The position numbers and the translations under genes are program-made. A DNA stretch of 64,000 nt. It comes from Polaribacter sp. GTDB lineage: Bacteria > Bacteroidota > Bacteroidia > Flavobacteriales > Flavobacteriaceae. This document shows positions 19,835 through 28,585 of the stretch, piece by piece (the first letter of the stretch is position 1; each line of letters opens with the position of its first letter). The notes below the pieces were generated by a model. That model worked only from the letters and a program-made list of their open reading frames with translations, was not told the origin of the DNA and made no database searches. The stretch spans positions 23,536-87,535 of the forward strand of contig JAQXEU010000025.1 in NCBI GenBank assembly GCA_029250685.1. The letters are read 5' to 3'.

Positions 19835-21022
19835 ATGATGATTAAAAAAGCACTATTATATTGCTTGTTGTTTACAAGCGTTTTCTGTTTTTCTCAAGAA
19901 ACCAAATTCAAAGAATATTCATATACAGAAGTATTTGATATGATTGCAGCAGAAAAAGACACCCTTTTTAAACTCAGCAATGCTTTTGTTAGATACAATA
20001 CAAAAACCGATAGCTTATTTACTGCTGAGGTTAATGATAACGATGATATTCTTACTGGAGGAAGAAAAAAACAATTAGTTATTGAAAAAGAATTAGCATT
20101 TAACAATGTTCATTTTTTCTCTAAGTCAAATTTTGAGTTACCAACTAGAGGTGGTGTTATGAACAACATCCTTTTTAAAAAGAAAGTGAGTTTTACAACA
20201 GTACTTTCTGCCACTTTTTTGAATTGTGTTTTCGAAGAAGAGTTGAGAAATAACACACAAGAAGAAATTGAAGATGCATTAAAAGAAGCTGTATATAGAT
20301 TTAAAAGATTTTGAAACCAAAAGATTAGAATATCTCTACGATGCTAATCCTTCTTTTGACACCTTTTTTCAATGGAAAGTAAACCAGTTTTTAAAACTGT
20401 TTTCTAACTACGGTACCAAACCTTCTAAAGCAATAACCTTTTCTGTGTATGTTATTTTATTATTCGCCTTGTTTTATCTGTTCTTTCCTAATTCTTGGGA
20501 CAGGCATGGTAGAAACAGAATTTTAGACCGATACAGTTTCTTTTTAAAATACATGAACAAACAAGCTGGAATTCATGAAGAGTATTTAGCAGGTCAACAA
20601 GAAGAATTAATGGATTATGATGAATACAGAAAACTCATAGAAACTTCCCATAAAAAAGTTCCCAAGTTTTTTACTTCTACTGCCATGCCAATTTATAAAT
20701 GGGCTATTTCTGGAACCAAATTATCCGCAGGGTTTTTAAAGCGAATTGATATTATGAAAGGTACGTGGAGCGATTTACCTCAGCACAAACGCCTTTGGAA
20801 ATCTACGTTGCTAATTAGTGCATTCTTAATCGCTATTTTGTATGATGTCTTTATCAAAGTTTTGAATGCTATTATGTTATCCATCAACACTTTTACCTCC
20901 TTAGGTTTTGGGAAATCCCTATAAAAGGATTGCCTAGATATCTAGCAATTATACAAGGTTTTATTGGTTGGTTTATGCTGACTATTTTCTCTGTTTCTTT
21001 AATCTCTCAATTATTGAATTAG
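19835..21022 (+). pseudogene. Frameshifted ion-channel (potassium-channel pore, Ion_trans_2-like) domain gene
   Basis: Signal peptide; frame change near 20281 (DALK|KLYIDLKDFETKRL) and near 20911 (SINTFTSLGFG|EIPIKGLPRYLAIIQGFIGWF); T-x-L-G-F-G pore-like motif followed by a TM helix. Confidence 0.75.
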
Positions 21023-21117
21023 TTGCAAAGGCTCAAAGCGGTAAAGAGAAAAGGCTAAAGTTTAATTCCTGTAAGACAACCTGCCCTCTTTTAATTTTTG
21101 TAAGAATACAAATGATA

Positions 21118-21554
21118 TATAACGGCTAAGTGTCCAAAGCCTGTCCTCAACTTGATTGGGGAACTAAATAATAAAGTCTGGACACGATAGTGGAATATTA
21201 TGTAGTATTCAAAAAAATTAAAAGCAGGCTAGAATTTTGTTGAAGCCTGTGCTGAACTTGATTCAGTATTCTTCGATGGAAAAGAAAAAAGAATTAAATA
21301 TTACAGCTTACAATCTTGATTTAGCCCCGTTTATAAAAAAAAGACTAACAAAGGAAGAACAATATGGATTCCCATTTCCATGTGAATGACAGAAAGGAAT
21401 TTGATTATGAGTTTTCTTGTCATTTCGAGAACTACTGAAATCAAAATGTATTTTGATAGAAATTATATAGCGAAGTAATGGAAACGAAACCGAGAAATCT
21501 TTACTTTTATAATGAGAGGTTTTTATTTAGGTCTCGACTGCGCTCGACCGGACA
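21118..21554. repeat. Cluster of several REP-like palindromes / nested hairpins, possibly a MITE
   Basis: Family A at 21138-21162 and 21244-21270; family B at 21363-21392; GTCATTTCGAG...CGAGAAATCT at 21419-21500; GGTCTCGACTGCGCTCGACCGGACA at 21530-21554. Confidence 0.75.
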
Positions 21555-21560
21555 AAAAAC

Positions 21561-22457
21561 TTACTTCATATACTCATAAACCGATTTAGAAATTTGTGCT
21601 AATTGATCTGTTCCCTTATCAAAGTCTTTTAGGTTTTTAGAAAGCAATACCAACACATATTTTTTTCCGTTTGGATGAAATACAATTGCTGCATCATGAT
21701 GCACACCAGTTATTGAACCTGTTTTATGTGCAACCTCGACTCCTTTTGGTAAATACTTCGGAATCATATCATTCCATTTTTGATCTTTTAAAATGTCAAT
21801 CATTTTATCAGAATCTTCTTTGGTTCCAGCTTTACCAGTTGCAATGGCTTTCATAATCATTAATAAATCATTTGCTGTTGTAGAATTGCTCAATCCTTTT
21901 CTAAAGGCTTTAATATCTTCTACGCCACGCAACACTTCTATTTTATCAGCTCCTAACGTTCGCATAGTTGCTGTAGTTTTCTTAGCATCAACAACTTCAA
22001 TTAAAACATTTGTTGCCAAATTGCTACTTAGAATAATCATGCTGTACATTAAATCGTACATTTTTTGTTGCGTTCCGATTTTACTATAAATAACATCATC
22101 ACTATCTACGCCAATATCCATTTTATAACTACTTCCGTCTACAATACTTTTAAACTCGTTTTTAAGCAGTATAGAATCGTTTAAATTTAGTTTTCCTTCA
22201 GATTGTTGTTTGTACAATTCAATCATCACAGGAACCTTCATGGTACTTGCAGCATGAAACTGTTCATCTGTATTAATCAAAACCTGATTACTACTATCAG
22301 ACAAATCAAAAAAAGCAACTGCAACATCTCCTTCAATCTTTGAAATCTGATTTTCTATCGAAGTTTTTAATGTGTCAATTGATTTTGAATTGTCATCACA
22401 AGAAATTGCAGCAAAAAAAAGTATACTTAAAAATATAGGTTTAATAAATTTAGCCAT
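21561..22457 (-). CDS. Serine hydrolase, class A beta-lactamase-like lipoprotein
   Basis: Lipobox AISC, SxxK (ASTMK), SSN, HKTG. Confidence 0.85.
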   Translation of the reverse strand: MAKFIKPIFLSILFFAAISCDDNSKSIDTLKTSIENQISKIEGDVAVAFFDLSDSSNQVLINTDEQFHAASTMKVPVMIELYKQQSEGKLNLNDSILLKNEFKSIVDGSSYKMDIGVDSDDVIYSKIGTQQKMYDLMYSMIILSSNLATNVLIEVVDAKKTTATMRTLGADKIEVLRGVEDIKAFRKGLSNSTTANDLLMIMKAIATGKAGTKEDSDKMIDILKDQKWNDMIPKYLPKGVEVAHKTGSITGVHHDAAIVFHPNGKKYVLVLLSKNLKDFDKGTDQLAQISKSVYEYMK

Positions 22458-22489
22458 GATTGTTGTTTTTAAAAGAAAGCTAATTTAAT

Positions 22490-22523
22490 AAAAAAACGCC
22501 GCTGAAAAAATCAACGGCGTTTT
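22490..22523 (-). terminator. rpsA terminator
   Basis: A7-CGCCGCTGA...TCAACGGCG-T4. Confidence 0.7.
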
Positions 22524-22529
22524 ATATAG

Positions 22530-22559
22530 TATGGATTCCCGTTTTCACGGGAATGACAA
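22530..22559. repeat. REP-like palindrome family B (ATTCCC-N8-GGGAAT)
   Basis: TATGG-ATTCCC-GTTTTCAC-GGGAAT-GACAA; a degenerate copy lies at 21363. Confidence 0.85.
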
Positions 22560-22566
22560 GTAAGTT

Positions 22567-24399
22567 TTATTTACCTTCCATTTTTTTCTTTAAGTCTGCT
22601 AAACCACTAATGTCTCCAAGAGTTGTTTTTTCAGCTTCTGCAGATTTCTTAGCAGCAGCTTTTACATTCTTCTTCTCTTCTGCTTTAAAGATAGATGTAT
22701 GAGAAACTACCACTCTTCTGTATTCTTTAGAAAATTCTAAAACTTTGAATTGTGCAGTATCTCCTTTTTCTAACTTTCCACCATCTTCTTTATCTAAGAA
22801 ACGTGTTGGTGCAAAACCTTCAACTCCATCAGCAAATGTTACAGTAGCTCCTTTATCATTTTTGTCAGAAATTGTTCCTTCATGTAAAGAGTCTATTGCG
22901 TAAGTTGCTTCGTGAGCATCCCAAGGATTGTCTTGAGTTTGTTTGTGTCCTAAGTTTAATTTACGACCTTCAACATCTAATTCTAATACTTGAACTTCTA
23001 ATTTATCACCTACAGATGTAAAATCTGATGGATGCTTAATTTTCTTAGTCCAAGATAAATCAGAAATATAAACCAATCCATCAATTCCTTCTTCTAACTC
23101 TACAAACACACCAAAATTAGTGTAGTTTCTTACTGTACCAGTATGTGTTGAACCAACAGGATATTTTTTAGTAATATCTGTCCAAGGATCTGGATGTAAT
23201 TGTTTCATCCCTAAAGACATTTTACGGTCTTCTCTATCTAACGTTAAGATTTGTGCTTCTACTTGATCACCAATTTTTACGAAATCTTGTGCAGAACGTA
23301 AATGTGTAGACCAAGACATTTCAGAAACGTGAATTAATCCTTCAACACCTTCAGAAACTTCGATGAATGCACCGTAATCAGCTAATACAACAACTTTACC
23401 AGTTATTTTATCGCCAATTTTAAGGTCTTCACTTAACGCTTCCCAAGGATGCGCAGATAATTGCTTCAATCCTAATTGAATTCTAGATTTGTTATCATCA
23501 AAGTCTAAAATTACAACGTTTAATTTTTGATCTAATTCAACAACCTCATTTGGATGATTGATTCTAGACCAAGATAAATCTGTAATATGTACTAAACCAT
23601 CAACGCCACCTAAATCAACAAATACACCATAAGAAGTAATGTTTTTAACAACACCTTCTAATACTTGTCCTTTTTCTAATTGACCAATGATTTCTTTTTT
23701 CTGTATTTCTAAATCAGCTTCGATTAATGCTTTATGAGAAACTACAACGTTTTTAAATTCGTGGTTGATTTTTACAACTTTGAATTCCATTGTTTTTTCT
23801 ACAAACTGATCGTAATCTCTAATTGGCTTCACGTCAATTTGAGAACCTGGTAAAAATGCTTCGATTCCGAATACATCAACGATCATTCCTCCTCTTGTTC
23901 TACATTTTACAAAACCATTAACGATTTCTCCTGTTTCGTGTGCATTATTAACTCTATCCCAAGCTTTAATTACTCTTGCTTTTTTGTGAGATAAAACTAA
24001 TTGACCAGAAGAATCTTCTCTTTTGTCAACTAATACTTCAACAGTATCACCAACTGCTAATGCTGGGTTGTAACGGAATTCATTTAAAGAAATAACTCCT
24101 TCAGATTTAGAATTGATATCGATAATTGCATCTCTATCAGTTAATCTTGTTACGATTCCTTCGATTACATCACGCTCGTTTACGAAACCTACAGTTCCTT
24201 CTAACGCTTTTTCGAATTCTGCCAATTTTTTTTCATCAACTGCCTCAATACCTTCTTCGTATTTGTACCAGTTAAAGTTTTCTAAAAATTCTTGTGGATT
24301 TACAGTTTCTGCAACTGTTTCTGCAACAGCTTCAGTTGCTGTTTCTTGTACTTCAGTAGCAACAACTTGCTCTTCAGTGTTTTTTGTTTCTTCAGACAT
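22567..24399 (-). CDS. rpsA: 30S ribosomal protein S1 (start re-called at ATG 24399, 610 aa)
   Basis: Six S1 repeats (GVFVDLGGVDGLVHITDLSW, YGAFIEV, FGVFVEL); TACATTTG promoter at 24527-24520 lies inside the longer ORF-track extension. Confidence 0.97.
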   Translation of the reverse strand: MSEETKNTEEQVVATEVQETATEAVAETVAETVNPQEFLENFNWYKYEEGIEAVDEKKLAEFEKALEGTVGFVNERDVIEGIVTRLTDRDAIIDINSKSEGVISLNEFRYNPALAVGDTVEVLVDKREDSSGQLVLSHKKARVIKAWDRVNNAHETGEIVNGFVKCRTRGGMIVDVFGIEAFLPGSQIDVKPIRDYDQFVEKTMEFKVVKINHEFKNVVVSHKALIEADLEIQKKEIIGQLEKGQVLEGVVKNITSYGVFVDLGGVDGLVHITDLSWSRINHPNEVVELDQKLNVVILDFDDNKSRIQLGLKQLSAHPWEALSEDLKIGDKITGKVVVLADYGAFIEVSEGVEGLIHVSEMSWSTHLRSAQDFVKIGDQVEAQILTLDREDRKMSLGMKQLHPDPWTDITKKYPVGSTHTGTVRNYTNFGVFVELEEGIDGLVYISDLSWTKKIKHPSDFTSVGDKLEVQVLELDVEGRKLNLGHKQTQDNPWDAHEATYAIDSLHEGTISDKNDKGATVTFADGVEGFAPTRFLDKEDGGKLEKGDTAQFKVLEFSKEYRRVVVSHTSIFKAEEKKNVKAAAKKSAEAEKTTLGDISGLADLKKKMEGK

Positions 24400-24599
24400 T
24401 CTGAATTTACTTTGTATCTTGTTGTTTTTCAGATTTTTAACGATAAAAACTTCAAGAGTTGTTTTTATAAATTGCTTTTTACATTTCCTTTTATAAATCT
24501 GTTCTCGTAAAAAGGAGTGCAAATGTACAAAATATTTGTAATTAAACAATTCAAACTTAAAAGATTATTTACAGAGTAACTCTCTAAAAATCAACAGTA

Positions 24600-25355
24600 T
24601 TAATCTATCCAATTTTTAAATTCTTTTACACGTTCTCTACTCACAATAATTTCAGTTTCATTATAAGAATTTAAGATAATTTTTAAACGGCTATTGGTGT
24701 ATGCAATAATATCTTTTATGGCTGAAATCTGAACAATAAATGTTCTGTTTACACGAAAGAATTTTTCGGGATCTAATTCAGTTTGAATTTGCTCTAAAGC
24801 ACCATCAACGATATAACTTCTGTTAGAATCTGCATGTAAATAAGTTGCTTTATTTTCACTAAAAAAACATTCTACATTTTCTGTAGAAATAATTTTTAAA
24901 TGTTGACCAACTTTTATCGTAAAGCGTTTTTTGAATTTTCTATCAATCGGGTTTACCAATAACTTCTTTATATCATCAAAGTTTAATTGAACTTCTTTTC
25001 TCTCTACATGTTGACTTTTATATTTATCAACCGCTGTTTTTAATTCGTCTTCATCTATCGGTTTTAATAAATAATCGATGCTATTTAATTTAAATGCTTT
25101 TAAAGCATATTCATCATAAGCGGTTGTAAAAATTATGGCACTTGTAATTGTTACGTGTTCAAAAATCTCAAAAGACAATCCGTCTGATAATTGAATGTCT
25201 AAAAAAATTAAATCTGGATGTTCGTTGTTCTGAAACCATTCAATAGATTCTTCTACAGAATGCAACATTATATTTGCTTTTACCTCTAAATCTTCTAACA
25301 TTCTGCTTAATCTTCTAGCAGCTGGTTTTTCGTCTTCAATTATTATTACATTCAT
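24600..25355 (-). CDS. LytTR family response regulator
   Basis: REC domain (IIIEDE, FLDIQL, TTAY, YLLKP) plus LytTR domain (FFRVNRTFIV). Confidence 0.95.
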   Translation of the reverse strand: MNVIIIEDEKPAARRLSRMLEDLEVKANIMLHSVEESIEWFQNNEHPDLIFLDIQLSDGLSFEIFEHVTITSAIIFTTAYDEYALKAFKLNSIDYLLKPIDEDELKTAVDKYKSQHVERKEVQLNFDDIKKLLVNPIDRKFKKRFTIKVGQHLKIISTENVECFFSENKATYLHADSNRSYIVDGALEQIQTELDPEKFFRVNRTFIVQISAIKDIIAYTNSRLKIILNSYNETEIIVSRERVKEFKNWID

Positions 25356-25361
25356 AAGTAC

Positions 25362-25682
25362 CTACAGATTATTTTGTTTATTCATTTCCTCTTTAATCTT
25401 ACGTTGTTCCCAGTTTTTACCAAATAAAAGGTTTACAAGTTGAAAAGTACTAATTCCATGAAAAATTAATATCAAACTCCACCAAAAAAACAAACGATAA
25501 TTACTGATTTCTGTAAAAGCTTCAAAGACAGAATCTCCGTATTCTATATCTTTATAAATTCTTCTTCCAATAAAAAAAAGATTAATTACAATGTAAAATG
25601 CAGCGTGTTTATAAAATCCTTTTATATTTTCTACTTGCTTTTTTGCTTTTATGTATTTATCAGTTCTATCTTTAGTTTCCAT
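25362..25682 (-). CDS. 2TM domain protein (copy 4)
   Basis: YxKAKKQV..IKGFY.H...W...IFH...FGKNWEQRKIKE pattern. Confidence 0.85.
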   Translation of the reverse strand: METKDRTDKYIKAKKQVENIKGFYKHAAFYIVINLFFIGRRIYKDIEYGDSVFEAFTEISNYRLFFWWSLILIFHGISTFQLVNLLFGKNWEQRKIKEEMNKQNNL

Positions 25683-25688
25683 AATTTA

Positions 25689-26021
25689 TTAAAATTTATA
25701 TTTACGCTCTTCTTCTTCCATGATTTGTTTCAATTTTTTCTCTTCCCAGTTTTTACCTAAAGCATTAAATCCAAATACTCCTAACCAGTGAAAAAACACT
25801 CCAATTCCCCAAAACACCCAAGTAGAATATATTCCAAAATTATTAATTACATCTTCAAAAGAATCACCTTCATCACTCATTAAACCATAAATAATAATTC
25901 CGCTTAAAAATAAATTGACAACTATATAAACAATTAAATGAATGTAAAAACCTTTTATTTTTTCTACTCTTTTTTTTGCTTTTAGGTATTTAATACCTTC
26001 AAAATTTTCTTCGTTTCTCAT
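25689..26021 (-). CDS. 2TM domain protein (copy 3)
   Basis: YLKAKKRVEKIKGFYIH...WGIGVFFHW...GKNWEEKKLK. Confidence 0.85.
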   Translation of the reverse strand: MRNEENFEGIKYLKAKKRVEKIKGFYIHLIVYIVVNLFLSGIIIYGLMSDEGDSFEDVINNFGIYSTWVFWGIGVFFHWLGVFGFNALGKNWEEKKLKQIMEEEERKYKF

Positions 26022-26027
26022 GATTTC

Positions 26028-26327
26028 TTATCTATAGTTTTCATGTTTTTCTTCTTCTTTCATAAATTCCTTAATCTTGTTTTCTTCCCAATTACTTCCT
26101 AAAAAAGGATTGTAATTATAAGTATCCATCGCGTGAAAAGCCAATCCCATTCCCCAACCAAACATAGGAAACCAAAACCAATAAAACTCAGGCACAAATT
26201 TTAGGTTTATGAATATTAAAATCGGAATCACAATACAATAAGTAATTGCATTTGCATAAAATCCTTTTAGCTTATCTACTTGTTTTTTTGCTTGTAAATA
26301 TTTTTGTTCTTTGGTAAACTCTTTCAT
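26028..26327 (-). CDS. 2TM domain protein (copy 2)
   Basis: YLQAKKQVDKLKGFY...WFWFPMFGWGMGLAFH...GSNWEENKIKE. Confidence 0.85.
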   Translation of the reverse strand: MKEFTKEQKYLQAKKQVDKLKGFYANAITYCIVIPILIFINLKFVPEFYWFWFPMFGWGMGLAFHAMDTYNYNPFLGSNWEENKIKEFMKEEEKHENYR

Positions 26328-26335
26328 GATTTCTA

Positions 26336-26638
26336 TTATTTATTTGATGAATTTTTATCTTCATCAATTAATTCTTGAATTTTTTTCTCTTCCCATTCTT
26401 TTCCGAATCCAATTTTAGAAGATCCAAAAACTAAAAACCAATGCAGTATGACAACAAATACAATTCCTGGTGCAGCAAACCAAAACCAATGATAGCCTGG
26501 TGAAAAAATTAAATTAACTGATACAATTATTGCAAGAGAAAAAACTTCTATTACAAAATGAATATAAAACCCTTTAACATCCTTTACTCTCTTTTTCGCT
26601 TTTAAATAACGTTGCTCTTCTATATATTTTTCTTCCAT
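26336..26638 (-). CDS. 2TM domain protein (copy 1)
   Basis: YLKAKKRVKDVKGFYIH...WFWF...LHW...GKEWEEKKIQE. Confidence 0.85.
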   Translation of the reverse strand: MEEKYIEEQRYLKAKKRVKDVKGFYIHFVIEVFSLAIIVSVNLIFSPGYHWFWFAAPGIVFVVILHWFLVFGSSKIGFGKEWEEKKIQELIDEDKNSSNK

Positions 26639-26645
26639 AACTTTA

Positions 26646-28010
26646 TTATTCCCAATTTGATGTTTCGTCGTTTTCTTCCATTAATTCTTTGATCTTTTTA
26701 CTTTCCCAGTTTCTTCCTAAAAACGGATTGTAATTATACACATCCAATCCATGAAATAATACTCCAATTCCCCATCCTGCCATCGGAAACCAAAACCAAT
26801 GAAACTGAGGTGATGTATATAAATTTACAAATACTAAAAACGGAATTACAATACAGTAAGACGTTATGTTTTGATAAAATTCTTTTAATTTTTCTACTTT
26901 CTCTACGGCTCTAACATAGCTAGAGTTTTCTATTTCTTCTGTATACATAATATTGTTGTTTTTCGTTAATAGTGGTAAGCTTACCCTAAAGACCGCATTA
27001 TCATTTGTGATTTCTACATTTCTCTTTGTGAGTAAATTATACCTGTCTGTAATATTTCTTAATCCAATTTTTGTGCTTTTGCCAATTGCTTCTTTAGGAC
27101 TTACATTGTTCTCAATAATCAATGAACCATTTTCTTCAAAAATTCTAAGCTTTAAAGGTTTGTTAGATGAAACCACATTGTGTTTTACTGCATTCTCTAA
27201 TAATAGTTGTAACGATAAAGGCACAATTTTTAAATTTTCATTGCTGATTTCTGACGGAATGTCAAATTGAATCGCGTCTTCAAATCGCATTTGTAATAAC
27301 TCCATATATGCTCTCGCAAAATTTAATTCTTCTGAAAGCGGAATTAACTCTTTATTTCTTTGCTCTAAAACATAACGATATACTTTAGACAACTTTGTTG
27401 TAAAGCGTTCTGCCTGCTTTGGATTTTCACCAATTAATGATGTTAACACATTTAAACTATTAAATAAAAAATGTGGATCAATCTGATTTTTTAAGGATTC
27501 AAATTTTGCTGTTTCAGTTTTTGCAACAAATTCAATTTTATTACTTTTCTGAGTTTGTGATACTTTCCATTTCAACATAAAACCTTTTGCATGGAAAAAT
27601 ATTGAAATTCCGATTGCTCCAATTACAGTGAAAATATGTACCCAAAACAATGTACCCGAAAAGAAGTTAGAGAAATCGTATCCTAACAATAATATATACT
27701 GAATATAATGTATTAGTAAAACTATAAAAACGGTATAAAAAATTGTAGAAATTGCTCCAGCTGTAATACGTTGATTCGTTTGTTCTATCCAACTCCATTT
27801 AGAATCTAAATAACTATTCAAATAACCATTTCCCAAGCCTAGTCCAAAAGAATACATTGCAGAAAATAAAAATGTTATTCCAATTCCCTTAATTGAAAAC
27901 TGTTGATTGATCAGAATAAAAACAATCCCAAATCCGATGGTTAATTTCAAACAAATTATAACATCTTTCTTAAACTTATCTAGTGTTGAATTATTATTGT
28001 TTTGGCTCAT
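26646..28010 (-). CDS. LytS/YehU-type sensor histidine kinase with C-terminal 2TM domain
   Basis: N-terminal TM helices; H-box QIDPHFLFNSLN; N-box LQLLLENAVKHN; IGLRNI; last ~100 aa are a 2TM domain. Confidence 0.92.
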   Translation of the reverse strand: MSQNNNNSTLDKFKKDVIICLKLTIGFGIVFILINQQFSIKGIGITFLFSAMYSFGLGLGNGYLNSYLDSKWSWIEQTNQRITAGAISTIFYTVFIVLLIHYIQYILLLGYDFSNFFSGTLFWVHIFTVIGAIGISIFFHAKGFMLKWKVSQTQKSNKIEFVAKTETAKFESLKNQIDPHFLFNSLNVLTSLIGENPKQAERFTTKLSKVYRYVLEQRNKELIPLSEELNFARAYMELLQMRFEDAIQFDIPSEISNENLKIVPLSLQLLLENAVKHNVVSSNKPLKLRIFEENGSLIIENNVSPKEAIGKSTKIGLRNITDRYNLLTKRNVEITNDNAVFRVSLPLLTKNNNIMYTEEIENSSYVRAVEKVEKLKEFYQNITSYCIVIPFLVFVNLYTSPQFHWFWFPMAGWGIGVLFHGLDVYNYNPFLGRNWESKKIKELMEENDETSNWE

Positions 28011-28050
28011 GGTTTTTATGTATTGTTAGAGTTTTACTTTTAAAATGCTC

Positions 28051-28479
28051 TTAAAATCTAATTTCTAAAGTTACATTTTTATCTGAAACTTCAAACTTTG
28101 AATCTTCAAAGTTTGGTGGACCAAAACTCATTGAATTATTTGAAGCGCCATAATCTTCAATCGGCATCCCGTTAGATTGAAAATCCATTTGATCATTACT
28201 ATTTGCATCGTGAAAACAAACAACTGCATAATTTCCTGGAGTTATATTTGTAAAAGTAACCGTGCTTTTGTTTCCTTTTGGAGAATCAGATTGTGTTTGG
28301 ATTGGTTTTTTCATAAAGCTATTTTTATCATATAAAGCATAACTCACTTTCCCTTTATTACTTGAAACATTTACTACAGTTACTGTAATGTTTCTTTTTT
28401 CTGTATTCGTTTTTTTAGTGGTATTTATTGATGTTTGAAGTACAACTACGAATGCTAAAATTGCTGTGATTACTTTCAT
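28051..28479 (-). CDS. DUF2141 family secreted protein
   Basis: Signal peptide; GKVSYALY, PGNYAV..FHDANSN, PIEDYGASNN, FGPPNFEDSKF. Confidence 0.85.
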   Translation of the reverse strand: MKVITAILAFVVVLQTSINTTKKTNTEKRNITVTVVNVSSNKGKVSYALYDKNSFMKKPIQTQSDSPKGNKSTVTFTNITPGNYAVVCFHDANSNDQMDFQSNGMPIEDYGASNNSMSFGPPNFEDSKFEVSDKNVTLEIRF

Positions 28480-28550
28480 GATTTCTTGTTTTAATTGTTA
28501 ATTACACTACAAAGATGTAACAACAATCTATTTTTGAAAACTAAAAGAAA

Positions 28551-28580
28551 CCGAATTGTGTTTTTTTAAGGATGAATTGT
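28551..28580 (-). promoter_or_regulatory. Candidate LytTR binding site (ACAATTCAT-N12-ACAATTCGG)
   Basis: Imperfect 9-bp direct repeat with a 12-bp spacer, about 33 nt upstream of a non-consensus -7 box (CATCTTTG, 28517-28510). Confidence 0.7.
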
Positions 28581-28585
28581 AGAAT

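Noticed and set aside
21118-21554. CRISPR array or transposase remnant
   Set aside because: Repeats are heterogeneous and irregularly spaced, there are no cas genes, and the short frames show no DDE or HUH motif
21561-22457. Calling the two serine hydrolases (also 38070-39254) antibiotic-resistance genes
   Set aside because: SxxK motifs place them in the superfamily but do not show beta-lactam specificity
24400-24549. 50-aa N-terminal extension of RpsA in the ORF track
   Set aside because: It spans the gene's own -7 promoter; MSEE at 24399 is the typical start
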